A stretch of 63,058 nucleotides of DNA, the filler included, from Octopus bimaculoides (taxonomy: Eukaryota): assembly GCF_001194135.2 (NCBI RefSeq). It is 6 parts of 6 records of this genome, joined end to end, with 100 filler letters (N's around TTAATTAATTAA, not from the genome) between each part and the next. Parts side by side here need not be neighbours in the genome. Positions count along the whole stretch, not along the records: positions 1 to 31,863 come from NC_068984.1; positions 31,964 to 50,855 come from NC_068990.1; 4 more parts are not named here. One strand, 5' to 3'. Within the stretch, counting starts at the first letter, position 1. Each line of letters starts with the position of its first letter. The position numbers were made by a program, and so were the translations under genes. The notes beneath the pieces were generated by a model that made no database searches, was not told where the DNA came from, and was given only the letters and a program-made list of their open reading frames with translations. Below are positions 24,311 to 37,769 of this stretch, piece after piece.

Positions 24311-27300
24311 TTACTTTTACTAGTACATTAAGGATTAAAATTATACCTTTCGAATTATCAAGATCTAATATATTGTATATTGCTTTGTATTGTACAACAA
24401 TATTTCTTAACAGTGTGCAGTCTTGCTCAGTAAAGTCTATGACGTGAGACAGAATGCGCTTGCGACCCTTCGTAAGGATGAGAAGAATGATGCGATAAAC
24501 CTTTCTACCACTTCACCTGTTTTAATTACTTCATGAAGTCACGAGATTTCATTCTCTGCCCGTCGGTTTTTGATATCGTAAAAAATAAATTATGTAATAA
24601 TTTGGATAAAAATACCTATAGCTAATTATGAATGTTTTTTTTTATTAATACTGGTACTCACAATGTGCAGCAGGTATAGTTTGAGCGTTTCATTTACTAA
24701 GCATCACTTAGAAATTTCATCTTGACTTGACAATAAAATCGCTTAATTTTCTTTCAAGAAATTGAGTCAATAATTTTCATATAATTGTTTTGTATATTCC
24801 AAGAACGCCACATATTCTCTTTTGATTTCTATTTAAAAACAAATCTTTTTATACGAAATCGTGTACAAAAATAGGCTCAGTTCCGGCTATATTTAGTCAG
24901 AGCTGTGTGAATTACTACATTGTTTTATAAATGAAAATACATATATTGAGGGAGAGTGTTTTCTATAAATCAGAGATTTCAGATAGTTGCGTATTGACCA
25001 CTTCACGGACCAATATCGTACGAATACATAATTTGTGAAACACACACTACCAACTATATCATCAGAGTAATTCCTTTATTTCCATGTTAAATAAAAATAA
25101 TAAACATAATTACAACCTTGCAAAACGCTGATGTCTTTAATTAAAATAATATAATAATTTAAGAATGTAATGAATATTTAAATTACGCTAATTTTATATG
25201 AGGCACACAACTAAGAAATTAGTATACTCAGCACTTGTCAAATTATCTATAAAATAATTAAATTTCGAACTTAATTTATTATTTGGGGGGAATTAGTTTA
25301 ATACATTTGAAAACAAGTGAATTTTGTTAAGATTTCTTGAAAGTGATTATGGTTTTAAGTATATTGTATAAGGATTTTCTTTAGTTAAAGTTATTTTTAT
25401 GGGTATTAGATTTCTAATTACATAAAAGTAGCTAAAATTAATGAAAAAAACGTACGAAATTCGAAAATGAGTTTGAGGAAGGTACTAATAGCAACCATAA
25501 ATTACCATTAATCTTTAATCAAACTGGTTTTATTTATATTGACAGTGAACGGTAAAACTGTTTCTATTTATGTAAAATTCTATTTTCCAAAGACATAAAT
25601 ATGTCAGAATTGCCTGAAATAATACAGATATGCCCTGTGTATTTTTGATTTTTTTTTTCAAATAGTGACGTGTGCAGAATTAGAATATAAATTTGTACAA
25701 ATTTATAGTGCATTGAATATTTATTTCATTTAATTATAGACCCAGTGTAAACAAGTATTTGCGTTGACTTAATTACATCAAAGCAGTAAACCAAGTTTTC
25801 GTTTTACAAATCTATTGCATTGCTAATTTTTCGAACACCAGAAAATATTATCATTAAGTGTTGGTTTTTTTTTTTTTGTTGTTAAACAGTACGTTAGCAG
25901 AAATTCTAAATTACTTCTAAGATAAAATAAGTAATTTTCAGCATAATATATATCAAATGTAGTATTTGTAATTCCTGTCTTAACTATAAAGCTCGCTTTT
26001 ATGCCTGATAAACAAATACTGTTGTAAAAATGTAGATGAATTATATAACGCATTTGTCTTTCATTTCTTTAGAGTGAAGAAACCTCTTTCAAATTCCCCT
26101 GAGAGAATGTTCGACGTAATTAACGTTGTTCTCGAATGAAGAAAATAATTGCGGTTTCAGAAATGTCTCTCAAAAGGAAGAATTCCAAAGTGTAGTGTGT
26201 ATGAATTCGAGAGTACATGCAGGTTAGACATAATATAAGAGGCAGGGAATGGTAAAAATGTTAGTAATAAATGCTCGATTTGAGGCTATGCAATATCAGT
26301 GGAATGCGACCACGAAATGTCATAGTAAGTGCTTGCTACATGCTTGCTATAGATGCCAGATTAGACGGCAATTCAGATATTTAGGCGTACCAGAACCTTT
26401 AGAGAATAACTTGTTACGATAATGCCTTGATCACGCTCTTCGGTTTGTAACTCGTGTAATGATATCTATTTGGCAGTCATCAGCACACTTTAGCAAAGGT
26501 TTGATTTGCTGACTTTTATAGACAAGAACACATACGCTCATTTCATATATAGGTCTGGAGTAGCTTTTCCTGAGGAAACACGAAATAAATGTAATAAACC
26601 GCCGTCCTTCATAGGCCTCCTATATGAATGAACCTAGTACTATGAACACCCACGTTCTCCGATAACGAGAAAAACAAGATCACATTCTCAAGTTCTAATA
26701 TTCTAGGCCGTAATGTGAACTAACAGACGCGTTATTGTAGTTCATTCCATGATAGTAATTACATTCCCGTAAGTATGGCTGTGATGTAGCAATCATCATA
26801 ATATGCATTTACTCAATTTGTTTCAAGGACATATACTGATTTTAAACAACCATAGACATGTACTGTATATGTAATTATGTACATGATGTACATAATCACT
26901 TTTCTCTTGTTATTTCTGTGTTAATATCACATAATGTGTACAGTGATTTTTCGAAAGGTAAGGCGAATAATACTATGATAAATACGCGTTTGTTTCACAA
27001 GTTAATAATATTAGCTTTGCTTCGAGCGTGGGAGAACAACTGACCAGTTACGATTGGGACCAACATCAAACGAGAAATATTCGATTGTTTTCGCAAGTAT
27101 AAAAATTCTTCAAATTTGATATTCTGGAAGTAGGAAGAATATTCTGCTATTGTATTACTACCCATTATGCGTTAACCCATATGGTAGAATTAAGCTACGC
27201 TGATGATGCCTACTTACACAGAATCACGAATCCAAAGCTGTCCTACTTCCTCTTCTTTATTAGATAGCTTTTTAGGTAACAGAATGTCAAATTTATTTCT

Positions 27301-29789
27301 CAAGATCATCTCCCCTTCTCAAATGACTTAGATCTGAAACGTCGCAAAAAGATATCTCTATAATGCATAGAAACTGGAATAGTTTCAGTTAATCAAGAAC
27401 ATAATGACAATGGTAATTAATATACTCGTATTTATTCTCTTATTTATTGCTACCATTGAGATATTGTGGCAACCTTTTCCTGAGACATATTTCACTTCTA
27501 GAGAATATTTGTTTCTTGTGGCTATCACCTCTTCTAATTATCGGTTGGTTCCAAGTTCCACCCAGCAATTGAACCACAAAATCTTGTAGAAGAAATATTG
27601 TCAAAGCATAAAGTTTGTAATCTGTATGGTAGTTACAATTCACTTATTTATGTTAGTTATTCCAATACCTGCCAGTGAAACTGACCTGCAGTATTGCCGT
27701 GTATAGTATTTCATATACATCAGTATTTAATATGCCCTCATTTGTCTTTATAGCTCAAATACTTACCAAATTTCAATTTGAAACATTTACTTGACTGTTC
27801 CAGTGAAGTAAAGTTGCGTTTAATCTTACAACAATGTTATTCTGATCTCTACAATAGATGACATCTCAATATAGACGCATACAGTTTGTAACATATATAG
27901 CAAATTTCTACATTTAGATGCCTATCATAGCCATGAAATTGTGGATGTGTTCTGTTTGAATTAACCGTATTCTATAAATCTTAACTCGTTTTCAATAACG
28001 AAAATTACACAAAATTTGGATGCCACTTTTGAACATATATAGATGTAAGCGCATCATTTTTGCCATACACACTATTGTACTTTTTTTGTTTCTCCATTGC
28101 CTGCCATCTCTCAAATCATACTAATGATCTACAGTTATAATCATAATAAATTCTATATCTGAATTATAATCATAACTTGTTCATATTGGCTAAATAAGTT
28201 TATGTGTACATGTGTATGCAAGCTTTTGGTGTTTATACACGCAAAAAAGAACGTGTGTGTATCGGTTTCTTATCATAAATCTTGAAATGTTTATGTAGTA
28301 TATATTCTGTCCGTTGTTATGGAGACTGGGATTTGGTTGAGGGCGTATCAGCATTGAGATAAAATCATGTTTCCCTAGATACTATAATCACGACTCAATC
28401 AATTATCTCATTTTTCTTTTGATATTCGTGTCATTCCTTTAAAATCTTGCAACACCCTATATTACCTCATTATTTTTAGAGTTCTTTATGTGTTCATTGG
28501 TAATGCGCTTACGTTTTGTTTCCCTAATATATGGTTGATTATCTCTTATAAGTTACTGACTCAGTTACCTCCCATCAATGTTAATGCTGGTTGATTCCTT
28601 TGTGATGTACGATGTCATTTTGTTTACTCTCAATGTGTAACGTTGACGGTATAATTATTTTTTTAATCGTGTGTATATTTGAATGCTTTTATACAAATTA
28701 AACAATCATCGTGTGTTTGTACAGTTGCCTTTTCTTTCGTTCTTGTTTTGTGAGTCTTTTACTATTTTAAATTTAGATAAAATTTCTTTTAACTAGTGAG
28801 GTTTCATCTCAATTCTATGCGGTATGTTGTTTATAGTGTTAGATCCGCTATATTAGGGAGTTTGTTATCATATCTCAAATGATTTGTTTTATTTTCAATG
28901 TTCACTTTGGCTATAATTTTGCTTATTTATATATATTTTTTAAAGTGTCGTTGTTTCCTACAATCTACATATATTCACTGATGTTTCTGCTTCATTTTTT
29001 TCCATTAATTATTTTGTTTATTCTTCATCGTTGCTCATATATCTCTTTTATAATAATTGCATATTTTGTATATAGTAATACTATGTGGTGCACATGTATT
29101 ACTTCAATATTGCTTTTATCAGTCCAGTATTTACTTTTAATATAGTTTTAAACTCCAACGCTGATATTAACAGACGCCGCCTTTCTGCTTCGGATTAAAT
29201 GCCTAAGAAACACAACACTTCAAATATGTTTAATGGATTCTTCTTTTGCTGGACATCATTCGATAAATCGATGAATTTAATGATGGCTACATTCTTTAGT
29301 GATTCATTCATCACTGGCTATATTATATTTTGGCGAGTTTAAACACTGTAGGATTTAATTTAATAGTCTGTATTTCACTTTGCTGACTTTGTACTCTAGG
29401 AGTGGTTTTTCTTTCTCTGTAAAATTGTTCTTAAGATGTGTATACAAAAATGCTTACAGCTATCAGTCGAATATATAGTAATGCTTCCGTATACGAGTTA
29501 ATTCTTTCCCGTAGAACGCTCTTAAAGCGAAAACTCGGAAACAGAAAATAATACACGTAAAATCTCGTAAAGCAGGGGTCTCGAAAAGTGGGTTCTCATA
29601 AAGTGAGGTATTGCTGTAATACCTGCTGCGTTGAATTATTTCATTGGATACAAGTAACCACTCCACTCTGTTGTGGTTGTCCTGCATTCTGATTTTTTTA
29701 CGCATGGTATATATTATCTTGATCAAAACGTTAGCTTGGAGAACATATAAATTATTCGTGAATAAAGTCTAAATAATATATACTCTATA

Positions 29790-30130
29790 ATATGCAACCC
29801 CCATACATTTGAATTTGCGTCTCTTCAAGACTAACACACCACACTTTTTCTGTCCGAACACCATTCTCATATCAGTACTGAAGGTATACACCGTATCAAC
29901 GAGGGAAGTGAATTGGGCTTCATCTTTACCAAAAAGTTTTAGGTCATCCATGAATAACAAGTGGTTGACTTATTACTGCTTCTTTTCTTTGCTCCAGATG
30001 TCACTCTATTTTCATTCTTTGGTCATATCTTACCATTTTTGCTTTCTTTGCAACGAGGCGGTGTTTCAGTTCCTCCACTACTACTTTCAGGCCCTTTATT
30101 TCAATATTATACTTCCTTTTCAGCGCCCTG

Positions 30131-30174
<44 letters not shown>

Positions 30175-30494
30175 TTTAAGCTCCCCTTTCTCTTTTCGGT
30201 CTAACGCTGTGATTTCCTACGAGAGCATGTCTAACCTTGCCTGTATTCTTGTTTTCCACTATGAATCTTTTCTTTTGTCGCTCCTATTATGTTTCTTTTT
30301 CTTGACATCAACAATCTGGTTTTCTGCTATAATAATACTTGCTCCCTTTATAAAATTATTTGTTTCTGTGAATGTTGTTTGTTCTGATGTATTTCAGAAT
30401 TTCATTGACATTTTTCGTTTCTTGGATCTATTTCCATCGATCAACCTTATTAAATTTACAAATAATGTCGCTATCATTCTCCTGTAGTCTTGCC

Positions 30495-30496
<2 letters not shown>
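29790..30496 (-). mobile_element. R4/Dong-type RLE non-LTR retrotransposon fragment, internally deleted
   Basis: Minus strand gives N-terminal region WKTRIQARLD...KYNIEIKGLKVVVEELKHRLVAKKAK.VRYDQR, then jumps to RT motif HLLFMDDLKLFGK...MVFGQKKCGVLVLKR. Contains an expanded A-run (30131-30171) and abuts a (TAA)n array. Confidence 0.8.
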
Positions 30497-30577
<81 letters not shown>

Positions 30578-30600
30578 TATTATTATTAATATTAATTTGA
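30497..30600. repeat. (TAT)n/(TAA)n microsatellite
   Basis: Direct inspection; source of the poly-I and poly-N ORFs. Confidence 0.95.
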
Positions 30601-31589
30601 TTATTATTACTCCCCTCCTCATCTTCATTACCATTAACATCATCATCAACAATAATAGTATTAATACTAGCCTCAGTTGTAAGTGTAGAAATAGACTTCT
30701 GTTGCGACAGAAATATTTGTAACAGTGATTTACTCATGCAACAATTAAAGTGCCATCAACAAGATTTAGATTGATACTGCAACTGAAGTTCTATCTATTA
30801 AGGAAATATTTAATGCTCCTTATCGGATAGGTGAAATATCACCCTGAGTATATTAGTGCCAGCATTAATGTAGCATGCATTGAATGTTCAAAAGGAAAGT
30901 AGACACATTCTGCATGTGATGGTTGCAAATGCAACCGTTAAGACATAGAATTGCTGAAAATTCATAATGCATTACAAAGGAATACTAGAGGATATGGAAT
31001 ATTGGTAATCCTTGAATATCTGTAAATCTATAGAACTTGAAGAATCGAGAATTGTTACCATATGACAGATATTAATATCAGTGCCATATGGTTCTTGCTG
31101 CTGAAGCACTTATGATATGTCATTACATTATGCATATTATTGATTTCTGACTGAAGTTCTGCGGCTATAAATTTGTCAATGAAAATGTATTTGAAATGGA
31201 TTTGACTTCATTCTTCGGCAAGTATTTTTTGTGTTGTCTCTGAAGAGATGAAATGCAAATTTATATCCCGTCGAATTCTAATAGGGACATGGGATTTACT
31301 GAAATAATCGAATGCTTTAGTTAATTTAATTTAATCTATATATTTTATATTATGTAAAAGAATTTTCCTATGAAGGAACAAGAGATACACAAGGTCGAAA
31401 ACTATTTTTCTTGAATTTCAGATGGAAGGTAATGAGAAAATTTGTAGAATAGAAAATGATGTAGAGTAACAAAAATTGAACGCTGCATTTAGTATAGTAC
31501 ACACGTGGATGAGGGGTGAATAAAGGCGCCCCCTATTCACACTTTTACAACAGAAGAGTGATAGGATTAATGGTAATATAGAAGTAAGC

Positions 31590-31802
31590 GTAAAAAGTCG
31601 TCGACCTGACAAAATCGTTAGCATGCCGGGCAAAATGTTTAGCGGCATTTTGTCCGACATCATGTTCTGAGTTCAAATTCCACCGAGGTCAACTTTGCCT
31701 TTCATCCTTTCGATGTCGATAAAATAAGAACCAGTTGATTACTATGGACGACGTAAGCTTCCCCGAAATTGCTGGTCTTGTGCCAAAATTTGAAATCAAT
31801 AT
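31590..31802 (+). mobile_element. SINE family 1 copy
   Basis: aatcgttagcatgccgggcaaaatg...gttctgagttcaaattccaccgaggtcaactttgcctttcatcctttcg...gaaattgctggtcttgtgccaaaatttgaaa. Confidence 0.85.
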
Positions 31803-31863
31803 ACTAGTAAGCGTAGTTACAGGGGTTTGGGGAGTATATATATATATATATATATATATATAT

Positions 31864-31963
31864 NNNNNNNNNNNNNNNNNNNNNNNNNNNNNNNNNNNNN
31901 NNNNNNNTTAATTAATTAANNNNNNNNNNNNNNNNNNNNNNNNNNNNNNNNNNNNNNNNNNNN
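31864..31963. other. Assembly spacer N44-TTAATTAATTAA-N44 (12-mer also at 50900-50911, 55693-55704, 59257-59268, 60991-61002)
   Basis: The same 12-mer, which has stops in all six frames, sits centred in 100-bp N blocks five times. Confidence 0.95.
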
Positions 31964-32034
<71 letters not shown>

Positions 32035-32103
32035 ATACACGCATACAGTTATAGTTTACATGCATCTATATAAATATGAGTTGGTATGTGAGTGTATGTG
32101 AGA

Positions 32104-32146
<43 letters not shown>

Positions 32147-32156
32147 NNNNNNNNNN

Positions 32157-32200
<44 letters not shown>

Positions 32201-32712
32201 GATTGTTATGTCTGTATCAGTTATATCTTTCTCTACATTTATACACCCACTTAACCGAATATATTTGATGTACATGCACGTAATCACCTCTGGAGGAGCC
32301 AAAACAGGGACAATAATATATGTACCCCACAGAACAGGGGTACCTATTACCAATTGTTCTAGAAATCTTTTGAGAGTGATCGTAATATTGCCAAATCTGA
32401 CGGAAGTTTAGTAAAGTCTGCGTCACCCCCCTTCAAATACCTCACTCCACTTACGAAAGATGATGTGTTTGGAGAAACCCTTTTAACAATATAATTCTAA
32501 TCAAAAACAAGGAAAGTCATTAATGTTTGTTAATCTTTCACCATAACCTCAAGAAAATTTTCGAAAATACCCCCACCCTACCCCATCGCATCCCTAACTT
32601 ATCTTGACATTCTACTCTCCTCCTACACCTATTCCTTTCGACTATTTTAAGTTCTTCCTTCGAAACTATTTTTGCATTTTATTTCATGGAGACACAAGAA
32701 CAATTTGTACAA

Positions 32713-33040
32713 CTTGTTGTTGTTGTTGTTGTTGTTGTTGTTTTTGCTGCTGTGAATTCCTGGCCATTCTCACTCAAGCAGAATATATAGGGTCATAGGT
32801 CAGCCGATCCTGATCTCTGGCTGACTTTCGATCATAAGCGTTCCACTCTTGACCATCACATCACAGTATCTATTTCTTCAGATGTAGTGCACTGAGGACT
32901 CCATTGTCCAATGTGTCTATCCTTGTTGAAGACAACAGAATATAATTTGAGGGATATTTGGTTACTATATCTAGCAGATCGAGCAACCAAGTTGAGGTTC
33001 CCCACGTCACTGGTTCGACAAGAGCAATTTTGCTTTTTAA
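32713..33040 (-). mobile_element. Degenerate retroposon (third SINE-like family) with (CAA)n tail
   Basis: Minus strand ttggttgctcgatctgctagatatagtaaccaaatatccctcaaatt...aaggatagacacattgg resembles 61500-61580 (ctgctagaaataacgatgcagtacccctcatattt...gaaggacataatag) and ends in (CAA)n. Confidence 0.45.
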
Positions 33041-33170
33041 AAAATCTTGAATCTAGTTGTGTATATTACTGGTATATTTATTCTTTTGAATGGCGGTAGG
33101 GCAAAGAAAAGAACAGATTTGACTGGCGAATTGGACGCAATGCATCAATTTAATTAGCCAATTTGGCTGT

Positions 33171-33760
33171 CCAGTTTAGCTATTCAAGACCATCCAGTTT
33201 AGCTATGCAAGAACATCCAGTTTAGCTATGCAAGAACATCCAGTTTAGCTGTCCGAGACCATCCAGTTTAGCTATCCAAGAACATCCAGTTTAGCTGTCC
33301 GAGACCATCCAGTTTAGCTATCCAAGAACATCCAGTTTAGCTATCCAAGACCATCCAGTTTAGCTATGCAAGAACATCCAGTTTAGCTGTCCGAGACCAT
33401 CCAGTTTAGCTATCCAAGAACATCCAGTTTAGCTATGCAAGAACATCCAGTTTAGCTGTCCGAGACCATCCAGTTTAGCTATCCAAGAACATCCAGTTTA
33501 GCTATGCAAGAACATCCAGTTTAGCTATCCAAGACCATCCAATTAGCTATCCAAGAACATCCAGTTTAGCTATGCAAGAATATCCAGTTTAGCTATCCAA
33601 GACCATCCAATTTAGCTATCCAAGAACATCCAGTTTAGCTATGCAAGAACATCCAGTTTAGCTATCCAAGACCATCCAATTTAGCTATCCAAGACCATCC
33701 AGTTTAGCTATGCAAGAACATCCAGTTTAGCTGTCCGAGACCATCCAGTTTAGCTGTCCA
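33171..33760. repeat. 23-bp minisatellite (25 units plus a partial) with 69-bp higher-order structure
   Basis: Consensus ccagtttagctatccaagaacat; variants differ at tatg/tatc/tgtc, caag/cgag and aacat/accat. Stop codons occur in all frames. Confidence 0.97.
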
Positions 33761-34009
33761 ATGGTGATTATTATCATTGCAGTGTTAAGATACTTCAAGT
33801 TTCGAGTTCAAAATCTGCTGAGATCAGTTTCGTCTTTTATACTTCTGCCGACAATAAACTAACATGCGACTACTTGGGTCGATAAAAAAAAAAAAGATTT
33901 AATCAGAAGACAAGGAGCAGCGTTCATGATTTGTGAGCGGATAATTCGTGATTGCTTAATTCCCATTATTGTTGCTATTATTGCTGCTGCTGTGGGTTAC
34001 TTTTACTGT

Positions 34010-34330
34010 CTCCACCGTTTATGAAGTGAGAGATGAAGAGTCACTTGGTGAGCCACCGCAACAAATATCTTTTAACGAATCAGTGTCGCCTTAGAAGTAA
34101 CAACCTCCATGATTTGTGATTGTTTTTGATGCTGTTGCTGCTGTGGTTGTCCTTTTAAGCGTTCTGGTCGGAAAGCCCTGCAACGGCTTTGGCTGCCACA
34201 TGTGTAGAAGCTCGATCTTCTGCTCGAGATAGTGAATTTTATAGCCTTCTTCTCAGCGCCTTCTACAGGGCAAAACTGCGATATATTTTTTGTGGTTTTA
34301 CAGATTGAAGAACAGGTGTTTGTCTACAGT
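34010..34330 (-). mobile_element. Possible very old RLE (HERO/NeSL-like) LINE 3' remnant
   Basis: Minus strand FCPVEG|AEKKAINSLSRAEDRAS resembles the C-terminal PVEVG...KAI..LS.AAE.AS motif; weak and short. Confidence 0.3.
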
Positions 34331-35204
34331 GGCCCACTCGATAACATATGACCGAAATTTACGTCTGCACTGATCATATCCTTATGTTAATCCACAATAG
34401 TGACTACGAACCAAAGTTTGGCGTCATTGTCTACGTAACTCACAGCGACCCTTGTATCTCATCTTCCCAAACATTGCGAGACTAACTTACGAGTCATGTA
34501 GTTATTCAATGTGTACATGTTTGTATACAAGACAGTAAGTTGTGATAGGAGGAAAGTTTGGCTACAGTTTCTAGCAGAACGAATGACCCCGTTGAGGTTT
34601 CCTTATAGTGAGACATACCAGTCAATGGTAGATGTTAATAACCAGGTGGACTTAGCCACCCAGAGTTAAGTATCCTTAACACTGAATCAACACCATTCCC
34701 CTTCACAAATGTCGTTGTACTTGTCGTTTATGTAATCATCCGTCCACCACCCGATTCTCCCTACCCGATCCTCCCCACCCAACTATTTTGTTTTCTTCTT
34801 TGCCTTGGTTAATTACTTATCAGTGGTTTGTGCCCAACAAAATGGAATTAATTACAATTAAGGGTGAACAAGCCTAGGCGCGTGTCCTCTCAATGCACTC
34901 ACTGAACTAATTAACGACTATTATTCAATAATCACCTGTACATCTGATGCAATCAGCAGCAGCCACGAGTTAGGAAATGAAAGGAAATGAAATTAATAAT
35001 GAAGGATGTAGTGGGGGGGGGGGGGGGGTGTTGCTATTTAATGGATGCATATTTAACTGCCTCCCTCCCTCTCTCTCCCTCTCTCTCCCTCTCTCTCTCT
35101 CTCTTTCTCTCTCTCCTCCCCTACCACACACATATATATATGATACACACATAAGTATGAGTAGATATATCTATGGATCTATGTATCTACCTATCTATCT
35201 ATGT

Positions 35205-35263
<59 letters not shown>

Positions 35264-35530
35264 NNNNNNNNNNNNNNNNNNNNNNNNNNNNNNNNNNNNN
35301 NNNNNNNNNNNNNNNNNNNNNNNNNNNNNNNNNNNNNNNNNNNNNNNNNNNNNNNNNNNNNNNNNNNNNNNNNNNNNNNNNNNNNNNNNNNNNNNNNNNN
35401 NNNNNNNNNNNNNNNNNNNNNNNNNNNNNNNNNNNNNNNNNNNNNNNNNNNNNNNNNNNNNNNNNNNNNNNNNNNNNNNNNNNNNNNNNNNNNNNNNNNN
35501 NNNNNNNNNNNNNNNNNNNNNNNNNNNNNN

Positions 35531-35587
<57 letters not shown>

Positions 35588-36959
35588 GCCAGTACGCCTA
35601 TGTCCTCAAATACAAACATTGAACCAATTCTAGAATGTGGATGACGCTGTTGGTTTACAGGTACCATTTTTTTCTCTGTTTTTACTTTTGGATGGTTATT
35701 TCCCGTGTTCAAATCCTATTTGGGACGACTTTATTTTTCATGCCTAGCCAACATTATTTGTTGACTATTTTCATTGATAAAATGATGATAACTGATACAG
35801 TAATACGTCATTCCTCCCCCACCTATCCATTTGGTCCTCGTTTGAGACAAATTTGGTGAAAGCAAATATAAAGCAGGAAAATATACTAGCCCCTATATAT
35901 ATTTAATACTTAATATTTCATATATTCAATAAGACATTCAATACTTCATTTCATTTTACTATTTATATGATATATTTCATATTCTATATCCCACATTAAT
36001 TTTATAAGAATATAAATAAAACAGAAAACACAGACAGAGTTGGAACTCTTTTAAATAATATATTCCTCTATACACTATCATACAAACCTCTATTTTACTC
36101 TTTTATTTANNNNNNNNNNNNNNNNNNNNNNNNNNNNNNNNNNNNNNNNNNNNNNNNNNNNNNNNNNNNNNNNNNNNNNNNNNNNNNNNNNNNNNNNNNN
36201 NNNNNNNNNNNNNNNNNNNNNNNNNNNNNNNNNNNNNNNNNNNNNNNNNNNNNNNNNNNNNNNNNNNNNNNNNNNNNNNNNNNNNNNNNNNNNNNNNNNN
36301 NNNNNNNNNNNNNNNNNNNNNNNNNNNNNNNNNNNNNNNNNNNNNNNNNNNNNNNNNNNNNNNNNNNNNNNNNNNNNNNNNNNNNNNNNNNNNNNNNNNN
36401 NNNNNNNNNNNNNNNNNNNNNNNNNNNNNNNNNNNNNNNNNNNNNNNNNNNNNNNNNNNNNNNNNNNNNNNNNNNNNNNNNNNNNNNNNNNNNNNNNNNN
36501 NNNNNNNNNNNNNNNNNNNNNNNNNNNNNNNNNNNNNNNNNNNNNNNNNNNNNNNNNNNNNNNNNNNNNNNNNNNNNNNNNNNNNNNNNNNNNNNNNNNN
36601 NNNNNNNNNNNNNNNNNNNNNNNNNNNNNNNNNNNNNNNNNNNNNNNNNNNNNNNNNNNNNNNNNNNNNNNNNNNNNNNNNNNNNNNNNNNNNNNNNNNN
36701 NNNNNNNNNNNNNNNNNNNNNNNNNNNNNNNNNNNNNNNNNNNNNNNNNNNNNNNNNNNNNNNNNNNNNNNNNNNNNNNNNNNNNNNNNNNNNNNNNNNN
36801 NNNNNNNNNNNNNNNNNNNNNNNNNNNNNNNNNNNNNNNNNNNNNNNNNNNNNNNNNNNNNNNNNNNNNNNNNNNNNNNNNNNNNNNNNNNNNNNNNNNN
36901 NNNNNNNNNNNNNNNNNNNNNNNNNNNATATATACATACACAAAAAGCCCGTCGTATAT

Positions 36960-37135
36960 ATAGGAGAATGTACGAAAAAAACAACAACAGACGAGGACAG
37001 GTGGTGTAAACAACAAAAGGATGTATTAGTATGACGCTCGGGAATACGGAAAGTCTTTAACGTTTCGAGCTACGCTCTTCAACAGAAAGAATACGGAGAC
37101 AATGAGAAAAACACGGAGAAAAAAAATTGAATAGT
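36960..37135 (-). mobile_element. Family H1 repeat with hammerhead-like motif (Penelope pLTR-like)
   Basis: Minus 37090->37054: TCTTT-CTGTTGA-A-GAGC-GTA-GCTC-GAAA-CGTT-AAAGA; homologous to 17320-17470. Confidence 0.65.
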
Positions 37136-37147
37136 GTTCAGTCAACG

Positions 37148-37350
37148 GTCAGTCCCCCCCACCTCCATCTTCGCTTGACAACCGATGTTGGTGTGTTTAC
37201 GTCCCCGTAGCTTAGTAGTTTGGCAAAAGTGACTAATAGAATAAGTAATAGGCTTACAAAGAATGTTTTGGGATCGATTTGTTCGTCTAAAGGTGGTGCT
37301 CCAGCATGGCTGCAGTTAAATGAGTGAAAGACGTAAGGGAATAAAAGAAT
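37148..37350 (+). mobile_element. SINE family 2, 3' half
   Basis: cgcttgacaaccgatgttggtgtgtttacgtccccgtagcttag...ggtgctccagcatggctgcagt matches rc of 19740-19920. Confidence 0.85.
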
Positions 37351-37769
37351 ACACGAGTAAGCACATAAATGCAAAACAAGGTGGAGAAATAGTACTCGAT
37401 TACCGAAGGCAGAGTAATATACCTTTTTTTTTTTTATTAAAGCTGTGATCGAGACTGGAATAAAATTTATATCTATTGTTATGTGTGTGAGTGTGTGTGT
37501 GTGTGCGAGTGCATGTGTGTGTCTGTGTGCGAGTGTGTGTATGTGTGCGAGTGTATGTGTGTGTGTGCGAGTATATGTGTGTGTGTGTGTGCGTGTGTAT
37601 GTGTGTGTGTTTGTGTGTGTGCGTGTACTTATGATTGCATTTCAGTATAATTCATTGATCTTTATGTATGACTCTATACAAGAGAGAGAAGCGTTGGGGG
37701 TGGGGAGTGGTAGGAGAGTGTTCGAGGCTACAAGTGTAAGCAAATATACANNNNNNNNNNTGAAACTAG

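Noticed and set aside
27190-27215. ELSYADDA RT-like motif
   Set aside because: Isolated motif; flanking RT motifs could not be traced.
30850-30990. Cys-rich stretch (CIECSKGK*...CDGCKCNR*) as a transposase or zinc finger
   Set aside because: Multiple stops and no family motif I can name.
31908-31919. Recurrent TTAATTAATTAA between N runs (five times) as a biological motif
   Set aside because: Always centred in a 100-bp N44-12-N44 block and has stops in six frames; a scaffolding linker.
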